Of a stretch of DNA of 64,000 bases, positions 29,429 through 44,400 are shown piece by piece. The notes under the pieces were generated by a model. The model worked only from the letters and a program-made list of their open reading frames with translations, did not search any database and was not told the origin of the DNA. Positions within the stretch are counted from its first letter, which is position 1; every line of letters starts with the position of its first letter. A program made the translations under genes and the position numbers. Source of the DNA: Yuukianura sp. NJ FZ-2021 (lineage: Eukaryota). The DNA is taken from positions 8,246,001-8,310,000 of the forward strand of contig CM102287.1 of the NCBI GenBank assembly GCA_046563655.1, in the 5' to 3' direction.

Positions 29429-29933
29429 CCGCCACACTTCACCTACTGTAGGGTCCCTTTGGTTTACAAAAATGTTAGGTTATACACCCACACCTTCATT
29501 TTTTCACAGTTTTTAGGTCTTTGGAGCTTCACTTCCTTACAGCCACGAAAAATTCAACAGATGCGAAAAAATTCTAAGGATGTTACAGTTTTTTGGCCAA
29601 TGCCAAAAATCTTTTTTGGGCCACCAGCTTTCTAAAACACACTGGAGTGTGACTGACTCGGAGCAAGTCTCTCGTCGAAGTGAATTCAATTGACACAAGG
29701 TTAGCTTAGGTTTCTCGGTTTGTGTTTTGTGAGTGTGTTCAAAAGCAAAAAACTTTTTTTTTGAAAAAGCTTTTGGAACATGCGACTTGGACTTTAGGAA
29801 ACGGAAAAGACGGAACTTTTCAATGTTGTAAGCAACTCAGAGCCAAGTTGCCGACTAAACTTTTTTCCTGGCCCACCAAGCCTTCTTCTTGACTCTCTCG
29901 AAAACTGAACTTTCTGAAATGCTTCAAGTTGTT

Positions 29934-29990
29934 CGTCGTCGTCGTCGCTTTGCAACATACTACACACACACACACACGCTACGCTACGCT
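29934..29990. repeat. Compound microsatellite (TCG)n-(CA)n-(CTACG)n upstream of Abd-B
   Basis: tcgtcgtcgtcgtcg, tacacacacacacacacg and ctacgctacgct are directly visible. Confidence 0.8.
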
Positions 29991-30882
29991 TCCCTTCTTC
30001 TTCCTAAAGCAGACTAAAGTAAGTTAAGTTGAAAGCCTAAACTGAAACTGCTTCTGGAGTCTTATGCGTCTTCAAAAAGAAAAACTTATAGAAAACTCCC
30101 CACAATTTTTTATTATATAAAGTCCATTTTCTTAAGTTATCTTCTGTTCAGATCATGAGATGAGAACAAGAACAACACCAAGCTTTGTATGAACCTCCAC
30201 CTATCATATCCAAGCAGGTTAGGTTATGCATGCTAACTTAATTGAAAAAAATAATCATAATTGAATTTGAGTAACGAAGTGAAAAGCTAACCTTCATCTG
30301 ATGAAGAATCTTCCATAGCATCCGCTCACGACTAATTTCCTTGTTCAAATGAATCTCCTCTAAAAGTTGAGCAATTTGAAGAAGTTCAATTGCAATTAAC
30401 TTTTAAAAGTGTTGGTCGAAAGTCTAACACTGACTAACATTAACACTCAACTCAAAAGTGTTCCAAAAGTCTCCGTCGTCGTCACCTTCCAATTCCAACA
30501 ATTGATTTCCGTAACATAAACAATTCCAAATCTACACAATGACACGGCTACGCCTTTGTCAATACTTTTGCCGAACGCTTCCTTGCCTCTCTACGAATAA
30601 CCAATTACTCACCAACTTGTCACCAGTTGCATTCGTTTCAGTGCTAAAACCCTAATGCTAAATAGGCTAACAATTCTTAAGCTTAGGCATAGTGCTTCTA
30701 AAAAGTAACTTTAAGAAGCACACGAGCTGCTTACAACCTGAACTAAAGTGTCGTTGACACTAATTCGAACCGACCCATTTCAATTTTCCAAGAACAAAAG
30801 AACTGGCCAACTTTCTTTGGAAAAGTAATTAAAGCATTCTGAAGCTTCAGTTTATTTAAAACGAAAAGGAAACAATTGAAAC

Positions 30883-30895
30883 AGGTCAAAGGTCA
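30883..30895 (+). promoter_or_regulatory. Perfect nuclear-receptor DR1 element upstream of Abd-B
   Basis: AGGTCA A AGGTCA, with an extra AGGTCA half-site ~10 bp downstream. Confidence 0.5.
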
Positions 30896-32440
30896 AACCA
30901 GCAAGAGGTCAACTTTTGCTACTTAAAACTAACCTTAATAAAATATCTTCAACACACCAAACTATGAAAGCATCTGAAAACTAAAAAAGTAAAACTCGTT
31001 TTTTTCAAAACTCGACTTTCTCCCCAACCCTCCCAATTTTCGCAAATGAAATTTTCTTGTTTGAGGGTGCGACATTGAATAGACCTCGTAAATTATCCCC
31101 TGATTGAATTCTGTCTCTTTTTTGCACATCAAAGAATTTCGCTAAAAGTAATTTGATTCGTCCCTCTCTCCCTTCCGCAGTAGCTTCAACTGCCGAAGTA
31201 ACCCTATACTTAAGCCGAATGATGTCCACAACCAAGAATTGGCAGTCTCCCTTCTTCTTCTTCTTTCCCCCAATCTACACAGCAATAATTCGGACTCGAA
31301 CGGAATCAATGCTCAATGAACTGAGACATGGGAAGTGTCCGTTATCTGCACGAAGGGCGATCAAATTGCAAATTCACTCCTTTTCCAATTCTGACTCATG
31401 ACCTATTCACTACACCCCTCCGAGACACTAGAATTGCAAGCCAAGGACCAATTTGCAATTGCAATTTACTGCTTTTGCACAAAATGGGACCTGCCATGGT
31501 CATTCTATCTCCCCCTACCAGTCTTTTTGTTCAAAAGTTAAGGTTTTAACCTAAACATAACCTAACGTACAGGAACATTAGGGGCGAAGAAGAGTCCTTG
31601 CGGGCAGAGTCCTAAAGTTTATGGGCCCTACATTTCTCATTCATAAAAGTCTTTCTTTTTTGCATTTACAGGTAAATAAAAATAGTCATAATCATAACGC
31701 TGGGCTGTTTCGCTTGTCACATGGTTTCGCATATCTGGAGCAAGTTGGTCAGTACCACAGTGCTAAAAAAACATTGCCTTCTCTGCAAAATTAACAAAAA
31801 TATAAAAATCACTTGTATATTTTAATTAGAAGTTAATTTTACGTTGGCAAGCAGGAGGATTTGGAGAAAATACAGCCCAAATAACTACCAAAGTTACAGC
31901 GCCATTTAAGAAAAAGGATTCAGAAATTGTGACAAAAATTTTGAAAATAGGTTTGACATGATATTGTACTAGCTGCAAGGAAAAATCGTGTTGACTTCAG
32001 CAAAACTAACTTAAAACGCTCCAAATGTCGAATCTTCCCAAGAATCAATGATTTCCTGATTTCCGTTACCATCCAATTTCCATAAAACATTTTTACAACA
32101 GATTTCCTTTCCGGAAATGGTCGAGTTTCCTCCTTCCTTGTAATCCAAATGCGTAAGCAAAGATGAAGTGGGAAGATGACTTTTGGTGAGCAATTTAGCT
32201 AAAGTGCGTTTTAATTAAACAATTCATGAGAGGAGTGATCTCTAACACCTTTCTTGATTGCGTGAAGATCGGAGCCTGGATAACCCTAATTATAAGGGAA
32301 TCTTACTACCCCCACTTAACACTTTTATAAGGGCCTCCTGCATTGTCCAGATGTGGTGAACTCTTCAGTGCTTAAGGCTCAGAATGTACTCGAGGATGGC
32401 TGGCCAGGTCTAAAATCAATTGAGGTTAAAACTACATGAG

Positions 32441-32453
32441 TGACCTGTGACCT
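32441..32453 (-). promoter_or_regulatory. Perfect nuclear-receptor DR1 element upstream of Abd-B
   Basis: TGACCT G TGACCT on plus. Confidence 0.45.
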
Positions 32454-35400
32454 CGTTGATTTCGTTTACAACCTTCTCCTGAATTATTCTACTTCGATTT
32501 TGTTGAGTTTAACTACCAGTGGGCCAGTAAATTTGAAATTTCTGAGACTTTAGTTTAGAAAAGCGTTTTCAGATTTTGGCCATGCTGTTGGAATAGTGGA
32601 GAAAGTGGAGTTCGATCGAGCCGGGAGAGACGAGGAGCCCCAATCCTGCCATCTCCTTCGTCAGAGTGGAAGTTACAATGAAAGTTCTGACTTGACTGTG
32701 CAGAAGAGGGGAGACACTGCAACGCCATGCAACATTTTCAACCAAAATTCCGTAATAATTTTCATTGTCTACAGTTAAGTCTGCACAGCTCCGAATTCTA
32801 ATTTTATGTTCAATTCAAGTACTAAAAGTAATTTAAGTTAATTTTAATTTACAATAATTTTAGTCATACGTAAATTGACACCTTTGAGCAGTTAAATTCA
32901 AACACAAACGGTAGACCGTCCAACCACCTTTTTGCAAATTAGCATCACAATTGAATCCAATTGGCAACAAATTCACAACTGAAAATGATGCAAATTGGCA
33001 CAAATGAACCGAATTCAAGTCTCTGTTTGAAGTACTAGCACAAACGATCCTTGCAAAACAAAATGTTAAAAATGAAACGACCAACTGCTTGACAAAATCT
33101 AATTGTTCAAAAATATTACAAGAGCAAACAATGACTAAAATAAAAAAAAAATACTCATTCCAATTTTAAAATTTATGCAAACAAGTTACTTGGAACAGGA
33201 ACCTGCGCCGATGCTCAAAACATAAAAATGTTTGCGTCTGGAATGGCCGCGGTTCCAAATTTGCACAATAGAAACAAGTTCATGATGGCGGAAACCTTAT
33301 GGGTTTGTTATTTGTATCAAAAGCAATGGCACCCACAGCACGACACAAAAAAGTAGAATGGGTGCTGGTGAATAGTAAGAATTGAGGAGGGTGGACACCA
33401 TTTCAAAGTTTAATTCACAATCTCACCCTCTCTTCAAAATGACAAAAACCAACCCCCTCCCCCTGCCAATCCATTTCCACCCCTCTCTATCTTTCATCCC
33501 TCCAATACGAACACAAAATGGACAACAAATTGACCAGCAGAGAAGATTCAACATTCAACGTAAATTGTTCATCTTCTGCAATCCCTCCCATATTTCCTAC
33601 GTTGTAATTTATCTCTCCTCCTCAAATTCTCAATCTACCTCTAATTACAATGGGATTCAACAAAAGTTGAAACTTAATGATAGACTTAGAACTTAAGGAA
33701 AGAAGGAAAAGGAAAATCATCTCACAGGGTTTACATCCCATGACATTGACGATTTTTACAACTTTGTGCAAAAAAATATTTTTTTCCTAAGTTTTTTTCT
33801 TCTCCTTCTGTTGCTCAACTAAATCTTCAAAGTATCCCTCACGTGAAGAAAAATGCCGGCAAATTTTCCGCAACTTACCAAATTCGCAAATTGTTTGGTT
33901 TTATTACGCCAAATTATCTGCACGAAAATTTTTAAGCGAATCAAGGACTCAACCTTCCAAAACAAATTGGGAGTGACAGATGCCAAAATTTTGTAAAAAT
34001 CCAAATTACATTATTTTGTTTCCTTGAAAAGCGAACCTTTTGGTTTCTTTTCACAAACTTTCTCTAGTTTTCTAACTTTTCACTTTTCTATTTTCCTTCA
34101 TTTTTTTTTTATAAATTCGATAATCGATCATTTTGTTTTTACGTTTTCCAAACTTTGTGGTTAGCACGACACAGTAGAGGATTTCCATCTGAGAAGTTAG
34201 TTTGCGCAATTCCTGCAGTTTGTGCTAAAATTTTGCTCGGTACTAAACAACTTGAGTCAAAGTCGTAGAAAAGGAGGAAGAGCACGTTTCTTCCTCACAC
34301 AGCCTTAGACACAAGGTTTTGAGGTCATAAATCAACCAGTGTCTTTAAAAAACGCAAATGACCTTTGACTTTGCCACAAAAGAACAAGAATTGCAAAATG
34401 CAAAACACAAGAGAAAAGAATCTTATTGAAAATCTTGTCACTGAACCTACGTTTAAGTTTAATTAGATTTTGATTGTTGGGAAACCCTTAAAATTAGAAT
34501 TTAGAAACTAAGACCTTGGAATGGTTTCAAGCTTACATCAGAGGACACACGGAGGACAACCTGCGAGATCAAGTCGCAATTCTAAATCCAAATTTAATTG
34601 AAAATTTTATTGTCATCCTACCTTACATACAGAATAGGAGATTCGCAATTAATTTCCAACTGCCACCAGAACCACAAGTACCACACGCTTTCTAAACAAC
34701 AAAAACAACCCCCGAACAAACCTCATTCTACAAACCAATATGGGGCCCTCAGAATTTATTATTAAAATTTTGATGATGATGACGAAATAAGGGAGCTGCG
34801 AGAAAAGCCTTCAAAATTTTATAGTCACAAATAAAAATTTTCATAGACTCCTCCTTTCCAATTCTAACTTTCAACACTGCGAACATTTACGAACCCCCGA
34901 AATACCTGTGCAACCATAGTTGTAGGTTAAACGAAAACGCAATGAAACTAAACTAATGTATCCAATTCAAATTTTGTACCTGCCTCATTGCGCAACTGTG
35001 CCAAAAGCTGACGTTAATTACAAACATGTTTTAATTTAACCTCGAGTGTTAAGAACACCTCTTTTTTAAATTTAGATTTCTCGTTAGTAAAGAGAAAGTA
35101 AAGTAAAAACCAAACTTACTTTGAAATTGGGTCGTCGTGAAGCGGTGATCAAACGCGGTCTTCAGTTTCAAAATTTTGAAAGTTTTTTGAAATCTTAGCT
35201 TACTCTCCGTCTCCTCGCACTTCTAACCTGTATGTAAAAAAAATACAGAAATTAACCCAAAAAAGTCCCTGTCAACAGCAAATTCGAGTTTCAACAAAAT
35301 TTCGTTAGTGGTTGAATTTTCGTAAAAAAAAAGTAAAGAAAATTAGAACTTGGAGGGGAAAAAAATCAGAATTTCATATAGAAGTCTAAAAAGCCAAGCA

Positions 35401-38400
35401 GAAATTGAAATGGAAAATCTGAACACTTTTAACTTGAAATTACTTACGATTTTCTTAAAATTTTCGACAAAGACGAAACAGATCACTGAAAATCTGATCT
35501 TCTAATTTTTCAAAAAGTTATAAAATCGAGTTCTCACGTGACCCAAATTATAAGGCTGAAATTTGACTTGATTTGATTGTGTCTATAATTGTCGTAAGTC
35601 AATTGATTGCTAATAATTTCTTTGAATTGTCTCCGCCTTTTGATGAATTTGTGACTGACTAAAAGTGAAAGTACTCTTCGTTGTGTTTTATTGCACAATA
35701 ATTTTGGACATTTGAGTCCGGAGTTATTGGTGAATATTGTCCCTGTTTCAAAGGACTCCTTGTGACTACTATTCACACTTCCACTTAAACTTTAACTATT
35801 GAAATTAATTTTAATTCCCACTAAATCTCCGTGTAATTGGGTACTTTGGACTTGGAGTTATACCTAACCTAACGTATAAAGGTGCAGAAAAGTCCCAAGT
35901 TACACTCAAAAGGTCATCAAAAGACAACCGACACCCGAAGGAACTTCTTCACGACTGAAATATTGGCGCAAGGCGCTCAGTTTCAAAACCAGCGTCGTCC
36001 CTTGATCAAAAAACCGCCAATGAAAATCACCCTGCCTAACTTTTTGGCTCAGCACGTAGTCCTACGGAGTTCAAACTGAAAAGTCAGCACGCAAAAAAGT
36101 CTATTCAGCAATTTTCGGAGAGGTAAAAATCAAAGTTAAATGGGAAAAAAGTACCCGGGGGACTTCGACTCCAACTCTGCAAAGAAGAGACGCAGAAGAC
36201 CAGAAACCAAGTCAGACGCAAAGAAACGAACCAAGTTTGGGCTTGACTTTTGCAGCAGTCGACGGACCGAAGTCTTCTTAAAGCTCCCAGACACGCATGA
36301 CTTGAGGGGAATTTGTGCTTTGCAGAACCTTCGTGGTTCCTTGAGGCGACTTTGCAAAAAATTGGCAGAGCAGGAGCAAGGGAAGAAAAGTTGCAAAGTT
36401 TTTGGAAGAGCCTTTGCGGTACAATGGGCCGATGCTAGCAAAAAATTGGGAGTATTAAAGGTGTAGACCTGTTTTTTGCAGTTTGACGATGATGGGAGTT
36501 GAATTCTAGCTGGATTTGATAGCTCCAAAACTTCGTAACCACCGCCCACTCTTTTATTCATAACAAGTTTTCGCAACAACCATCATATGCTTTTCACATC
36601 AACATTTTTTGTAGCGGCTCAACCCTTCCGTGCCTAATTCCAAATTCAATTGTAACTCTCCAATTTTCAACCATTACAAACAAAATATGTGCGAAGAAAC
36701 ATGAAAAATACCGAGCCTTTTTTCTCTTTTCAAAAAATTATTTCGTAATTTTCACACAATTCAAATTCAAGGACAAAAGATTTTGAGAAAGTTTCAGAAA
36801 ATTACGTATGGCAAATCCTACAAAATGGAAAAAAATGGAAAAATTTTCCTTTGAAACGCTTCTAAATTTGAAACATGCGAACACGGGAAAATGAGAGAAA
36901 AAATTTCAAAAAATCTGACGAAAGAATTTTTGAGGTAAAATCCGGTTTGTTTCAACTTCTCCAGAAAACTGTTTTTTTTTCCCAAAAGTTTCACCCCGTT
37001 CTAAAATTTTCACCAAGGCTTGCACAGCATAACGCAAGATTCGAAGTTATGAAGTTGAATAAATGTTTCAGAAACTATGAAATTTAAAAGATTTTGAAAC
37101 TTTACGAAGCATTTTTAACTGTACTAGAACATTTTTGAATGAATGAGATTTTACTATTGATAGTATACGGTGATCTAATGGAGAAGATGTGCTCGTTAAA
37201 GTGACTTTTTAAATTTTAATGGGACTTTGGGTCAACCACCAACCCAGCAGAGTAGCTCTCCCTTCTTCCGTTCGAAGGCACAAGGACAATAGACGTTAAC
37301 TTCACTTTATGAATCCCTTTAAGTGCAAAAACCAAAACAAAACAAACGCTAAAAACTACCAAGGGGTCAACTTCCTCTCCTCATTCAAAACAAGTCCAGT
37401 TTCAAAAAACATGTACCAGTCTTAAGTCAATTTGAATACAGTGAAACAAAATTACCAATTTTGGAATTCGACGGCTTCAAGTTTTGAAAATTTGATGATG
37501 AGAAGTCCACTTTCAGAAATGCTTGTATCTTGTTGAAAGAGATGAGCTGAACTGGACGCTACCACGGATTGCGAAGTTCTATTTGAACAAAGTCTTCTAA
37601 AGTTTCTTGTACTTTGGGGAATTTGGCAATAATGGAACTAAAACTGTCAAAGAGACATGACTTGTAGAGGAAGTGTGAGAAGCAGAACGAAAATTGAAAC
37701 AGAGTTTCAAAGAATTTTAGCAATTTGGACTCGGTCCTGTTTTTGCCACCAGATTGAAGCCAGATTTCTATGGGAAAAGGCTTTCAGACCTCATTAAAGC
37801 GTGAAAAAGCCCTTCTTAGTTCCTGCCCTCTCAAATTCAGTCTTTGCAGAATTTTTTTTTCTTCAAAAGCCCTTCCATTAGTGCTACATTGTACCAAATC
37901 CCTAACCTAAATCCGAATTTTGAAAAGGCAAAATAAAAACGGGTTTAGGAGAAATTCTTTTGCATTTCAAAATTTTGAAAAACGCAGTGGGGAGTTCACT
38001 TGATCTTTCGGATCGCCCTGAATCAAAAACCTTTTTAGGATCGAGATTCAAAGCTTCCCGCAGTTAACATTTAACAATGTTTCTTCATTAACACATAATT
38101 CACACTTATCATTTTAGTCTCACGAGGCTCCTCCACTCGCACAGAAAGCAAAACGTTTTTTTTCTTCTAATTTTTTTACCAGAATTTAAAAATGGGTTTC
38201 TTTTGCAAAAATCAGACATTTTAAGATAGTCCCTTAAGGGCCCCTCCTCCGATTTGGACAGAAAGGCAGCTGAAACTACTTAAAAAGAGAAGAAGCCCAA
38301 AATGTTTTCTTATTGAAAGATTTATTGATTTTTTCTATTAAAAAAACGAACAGAAACCAAATCCCTAAAGATTCACAAGACTTTTGCTCCCTTCCAAAAA

Positions 38401-41400
38401 AGTTGAAGCGAAAATAAATTTTGAGCTGAAATTTATTCTGTGAGGGTAAGTGCAGCAGGTGCTTCTGACAGAAATTTATTTCAGGCAAGACTGGATCTAA
38501 AAAATAAATTTCCAAGTAATTTCCTTCGAAAAATTCCTGCTGTTGAAGTTTTAGTCTTCAAACAGAAACACAGGAAAGCTTCAAACTCAAATGGCGAAAA
38601 CAGACCATGCCTTTTTAGATTTCCAACAATAACGCTACGGCCAACCAGCTGAGCCTCCCATAAAAACTTCATTTGTTTTCCTTGCAGAATTTTTAGCGTG
38701 CAGAGCACAAATTTCCAAACAAAAAATCCTTCTGCAAAACTCAAAACAAACTAAACAGCAGACGAAAACCAAACAAATTCTGCGCACGCAAAAAAAAAAG
38801 AAACTGAAATTAAACAAGCTTAAGTCACGATAATTCAAAAAGAATTGAAACCGATTTGAAAAAGATTGATTGTTTTATGCCATTAACAAAAATATAAAGC
38901 AATTACAGCACAGAAAAATAAACAAAAGTTTTGTGGATGGTATACAATTATCAAAATTCAAAAACTCATTTAGACTAGAGTCCTTTTCTTTCAATTTTTG
39001 TAGAACTTAATGAGAAATCGACAAGAAAAAGTTGCCTTTAATAATCCTTGAGGGGCGTATTAAAAAAGTAGAAAAAGGAAAGTTTGTGGGAGAAAGGCCG
39101 AGGAAGATGGATATCAAACGTCCATAAATTCAAAAGAGGGAGGGAAACTTTCTGACTCATAAATTCCCTCCTTTTGCTGCACAAGTAGTAGCAAATTCCC
39201 AATCTTTTTCAAAATTTTGCTGACTTTTATTTCTCTCTGTCTCTTAATGTACTCCCGTGACGACGTCAAAAAACCCCGCCTCCCAGGACTTTTTGGATCA
39301 TAAACTTAGAGGAAAAGGCCAGGAGGGAGTGAAAGGGAGAAAGTAGAAGAGAAAGTATAACGTTCCATCATTATTTCTTGGAACCCATTAAGCTAGATTA
39401 TTAACATTAATAATAAATTATTCTTCGAAATTTCCTTCCCTCTTTTCCCTAGAGGGTTGAAATCAACCCCCTCCCCCGCCTTTTCAAGGAAAGTTCAAAA
39501 ATTTTCAACATGCAACATTTCACTCCTGCTTTCCCTCCCATAATGGGACTCCCATTGCATGTCTCTGCTTCCTGCTTTCTCCATTTTCCTCAATTTTGTT
39601 AAAAAGTTCGTCTTAAAAGCAACGACTTTTCGTGCCCTGGCTGCAAAATGTTTTTACGACATACGCTCCTCCTCTGTCGCCGATTTTCTCCAAGAGTTTC
39701 AGAGAAAGCAATTTTCTGTCAAGGTCTCAGAAAATCCAATTTTCTCGAAAGTTTCACAAAATCCAATTTTCTCTAGAGTTTTGGAAGTTTCAAAAAAGAA
39801 ATTTTGTGCTTCTCGAAGCAACTCTGTCGTTATTTCCGTAATCTAAGGCCAACCATGGCTATTTTATGACCTCCTGATCTTCTTTGTTAAATAATGGAGA
39901 AGCAAAGGGAGATAAAAGATGTTTAAATTGGAATTTAGCAGAAACCCTGCAGTTCTACGCAGAAATGAAAATACAAAGGCAGCACCAAACCAGCACTAAA
40001 ATCCTACTGAGAATTTAATTGGATTCTGTGATCCCCTTACCATCCACATCTCAAAATTACAAACATTAAATTCAAAATTAAACTCAACCACCTTCAGCGC
40101 ATCTTTAAAAATTAAAATTAAAATTTTCAAAATTGCAAAACTAATCTGTTTACCTAACCAGGTTCTGTAGACGCCAGGTCCTAATACTGAATGCAACACT
40201 TCAAAACCAATGTAACAAAAATAGTTTAGAATTTCAGTAGAACTGTTCTGAAAAGTTGAGTCGCCTCGCTAGGAGTCACTTTACTTTACATATTATTCAC
40301 AAACTCTTTCGTTTTTGAATGTTCGAATGATTTTTTTTTCTCAAAATCTTTAAAAACTTGTGTTGTGTTTAAAATGAAACGTGACGAACAGTCGAACCAA
40401 ACCCAAAGAAGTTCACTTGCTAACTGAGGAGTCATTGTTGTCCAAGAAAACGAAACGAAGGAAAAGGTGTAAAGATTTTGTGATTCTTCTCAAGATCTTA
40501 CTAATTTTCATTCTAAAATGTTCAAATTCAACCCCAAGCCTAATGCAAACACACAAGGAACAATGTGCCTAAAAAAGATTCAACTCTTTTTGGAATCCCA
40601 CCCGAAAACTTTGTTCTGTGGACTACGGTGGGAAAGGTAGATTAAGAGAATATTTGACACCTAGGTGTCAGTTGACTTTAAGTCTTTCGTCCTTCCACGA
40701 CCAGACAAACCCCACTTTCTGTCAATTCTAACGTAAACAATGAAGAATTCCCCCATTCCACACTTTCCATTTGATTCTCCTCTCAGATTCAATTCTAAAA
40801 CATAACTTAAGATAGACGGGGTGAAGGAGGTTGTTTTCTGTTGTGTAAACATCAATTGTTAAGTAAATACAGCCGCCTCGTGTTTAACTCTTAGCATCAA
40901 ATTCCAATTTTCTAAGTTACCAGTAAATACAAAACTACAAATTCTTGCAAAACAAACTGCCTCTTAGTCTTAGTCTTAGGTCTTTTCTCAAATTAGTGTG
41001 GACACCTCAACATGCTACGGATTTGTGGAACTCATGTCGACGACGACGATGATATCTCCTCAGCAGTTGAACTGTTCAAAGCGCTTGAAAAAAGCCTCGA
41101 TTCTCCTGGTCCGTTTTCAATGTTTTCATTTGCGAAAGTTTTGCATTTCAGTTTTACACATTTGGCGATATTAAAACTGAAACTGCGATTCTCGAAATCT
41201 GTACTCCACGCTCTCTCTGTTTCCTGACATGAGAATCACTCTTTGCAAAAATGAACAAAAGGGGAGACTGGCATAGGCAGTTTGAGGCTTGCGTGTAACA
41301 CAAATAGTCATAAAATCTCGAGTTCGCCGAATTTTCGCAAAGACGGAGAGAGCTGACATCTTCTACCACAGTTCCTAACTTTTTTGAAATGTTGGGTAAA

Positions 41401-44400
41401 TGCCATTCCAAAAATTATCAGTAGCTGGGTAGAGGTGAGTATGGGAAATCTTGTAGATTCCTCGTAGCCAGGTACGCTTATTGCTAATTCAATTTTGATT
41501 TTCAATCTTATTGCAGTCATTCCAATTTTTTTTCAAAATGTTTCGAAAATTGACAGACAACATGAAATTTAATGTCTAAGACTTTCGCCCACCCGAATTA
41601 TCGATAAAAGTCATTGTTTCATTACCAGCATTTTCCTTTAATTTGAATTTTCTGATCGCTATTTTTAGAGCAATTATTATTTAAAACCTTAAAATTGACC
41701 GGGAAAAGGTTGCCGGACTTTTCTGGTTCATCTTTCTACAACCATCACGTATAAACTGTATAAACAACATTGTTACAAGATAGGCACCGAATTTTTGAGT
41801 TTTCATCCCTCATCCCCCTTCTCACCCTCTCACCAGTGCAACGCGTTCAGAGGGATGCCAACTATTAAGCACCATCCGGACGGCACCCTCCGCCGAATTT
41901 GACAGCACACGCAAGATTTACACCGCTTTCGCCCATCTTTCCTCGTTTGAAACGATGTCTCACCCAATGGAAACACCCAAGAATCCATCATGGATTTCAC
42001 ACGCACCCAATCCTAACCTAACAAAGTTCAAACATAGTCACCCTCCCTGTTCACCCTATGGTATTACAAATCACAACTGTTCCAGGAAACATTGTTCAGA
42101 CACTCAACATCCAAACCCATATTTTTAAAACCGATTTCAATTTTAACTACTCTTCAAAAAGTCATTTGCGGTGCGTTGTTTATCTCCTTCGCACAAAGTA
42201 AAAATAGACTTAACTACTTCCAAGTACATTTCGGCTTACTCAACATCTTCTAAAAATCTGAAGTGCCGCAACTTTAAATTTTCATCAGCGCCTGCTGAGT
42301 GGAAAAAGTTCTTCCAAAAATCAGCATTTCAACTCTCAAAATTTTTGAAAAACTTTGAACTCGCAAAATTTTGACAGCTGAAGTTCGAGGCTTTCGCAAG
42401 GAGGAATTTCAGTTCTAAAAGAAAACAAACCATCAAATTCCGAAAACCGAATGTCAAAATCTCACGGATCTAAGAAACGCTTGAAGACGTTGGAGTATGA
42501 CGCGCGTCAACGGCAACGGCTGCTGTCGTCGTAATTTCAAAAACTGAGTAATTCCATTTTTACTGTTAGTGGTAAAATGCTTCCGCGCTTCCGGGGATCG
42601 TGCCTGGAGCTTTTAGTTTTGTTTCTGCACTAAAGAAAATAGACAATTTCTGAAAATCTTAAGTGCAATTTAGATTTTATTTTTGGCAAAATCTCTACAG
42701 TTCTTAGTGGAAACTGCTACTGGGATCTTTCAAATTTTCTCTTTTATTGCGTGCCCTTTCACTTCAAATATTTCTAATTCCCCTTTTACTTTAATAGCAT
42801 GTTTTCTGGCCAATTTCATGCAAGGGTTCATATTACGAGACAATTCCAAAAATCTTATGTGCTCTTTCACCCGAATTCCAGAAAAATAAAAATATTCGAA
42901 ACGACTAGTGCGTTCGTTTTGTCTATTTGGGTAAAATTGCAACATTTCTGTCCAAATATTACCTAAACGTTACTGCGAAAAATTCTCAAGGGACATCCTA
43001 ACTTCAAATTTATGGAGGAAGAGCCCACGTAAACTTCCGTTTTCAAGATGAACAAAGCATCTTCGGCATGTCTCAAATTACTGACAGTTAATCCGGTCCC
43101 CGCGCCTTTCAATTTTAGCGGCTATAAATAAAACCGAAACGAAAGACAAACAGAAGTGTTTTACGCGAAAACTGAAGTGAAACACAAAATGTAATTCACA
43201 ATTTACACAATTGCAATCCGACATTTTTCAATCTCCTCAATTTGTGCTTTCACTATTCAATTTGCACAATTTCGAATCCAAAAACTTTAAATTTGTATAA
43301 TTTCAATTTTAAAATTTAACAATTTGTATAACTTCAATTCCATGCACAAACTTCACCCAATTGAATTACATTGCTTAAATTTACTCACGTTCAGCTGTCA
43401 TTTTCTAAAAGAATTTTTACACTTTAATAGCTGTTTGGTCTTATTCAAACTAAAAGTTCATTATAGAACTTAAACTTACACTGTTTGCCATTCAAGCTTT
43501 TAAGTTTGGTGTAAAAACTACAGGAAGAAACTTAAATAACTTTTGTACAAAAAGTGAATGTAGTTGCAAATGTCACTTTTGCAGAATACTGTCCGTCGTC
43601 TTCCAATAACTAACTTTGAATGACAAGAAGCTTTTCATTGTTGCAAAATTGTTAACAATTATACAGGACAATCAATCTTGTTTGTTCCGCATCTTCCACC
43701 CACAGTTTGCCTTAGGCAAATTGCAGAAATGTGGCTTTCTGCTTTTTGACAGAATGTTAAAACAGGTTCGCAACTGACAAAATGATGAATTTGTGCAATT
43801 TCATTCCATTAACTAAAAGTCTTGGCTACTGGATTGCAATGTAGTGTGGATGTTAATTAACAAAGCAGGGAGTGGCATCTCCAACTCCAGTTAATGATGA
43901 AAATTTTAGCACTAAGAATCAGTGGAATGAACCAGTTTAGTGAACCAGTCCCTTGAAGCACTGCCACTACTAACGAAAGGAGATCAAAATCTTAAATCCT
44001 AAACTCACACCTGATCAATGCAAATCTGGACGAAACTGTTCAAGTGTTTTAAGAAATTGTGAAATGGAGGGGTTATGTATACGCTAACCTAACCATGACC
44101 TTGCTCAATCAGCATTAACGCATCAGCTTATGCTATTATGTCAGGTTATGTACCTTCACATCACAACCTTTTATTGTTTACAATCATTTAATTCATGTTG
44201 GAAATGAATTCGAAAACTTGGCAAACACAGTCACTTAAATCATTTGATGATCATAACAACGCAATAAAACTATCAAGAAGTGCAGAGAACTTCCACCTAA
44301 ACTTCATAACTGTAAATTTCATTCTGACGCTGATGGACCTTATAAATTATAAGGAGACTGACGGCTTAAGCTAAAATGTCAACTGAAACCTGTGTCTGTA

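Noticed and set aside
29620..30050. Inr/DPE core promoter for the proximal Abd-B transcript
   Set aside because: TCAGT motifs exist (~29654, ~30043) but no correctly spaced DPE, so the start site cannot be assigned.
31896..31910. CTCF-like motif (TAAATGGCGCTG on minus); similar AGGAGGCGCT at ~2014
   Set aside because: Only partial matches to the core; cannot be supported without PWM scoring.
36136..36579. Overlapping 108-aa (+) and 147-aa (-) ORFs with a basic NLS-like run
   Set aside because: No family motif or supporting splice structure; more likely promoter-like or UTR sequence.
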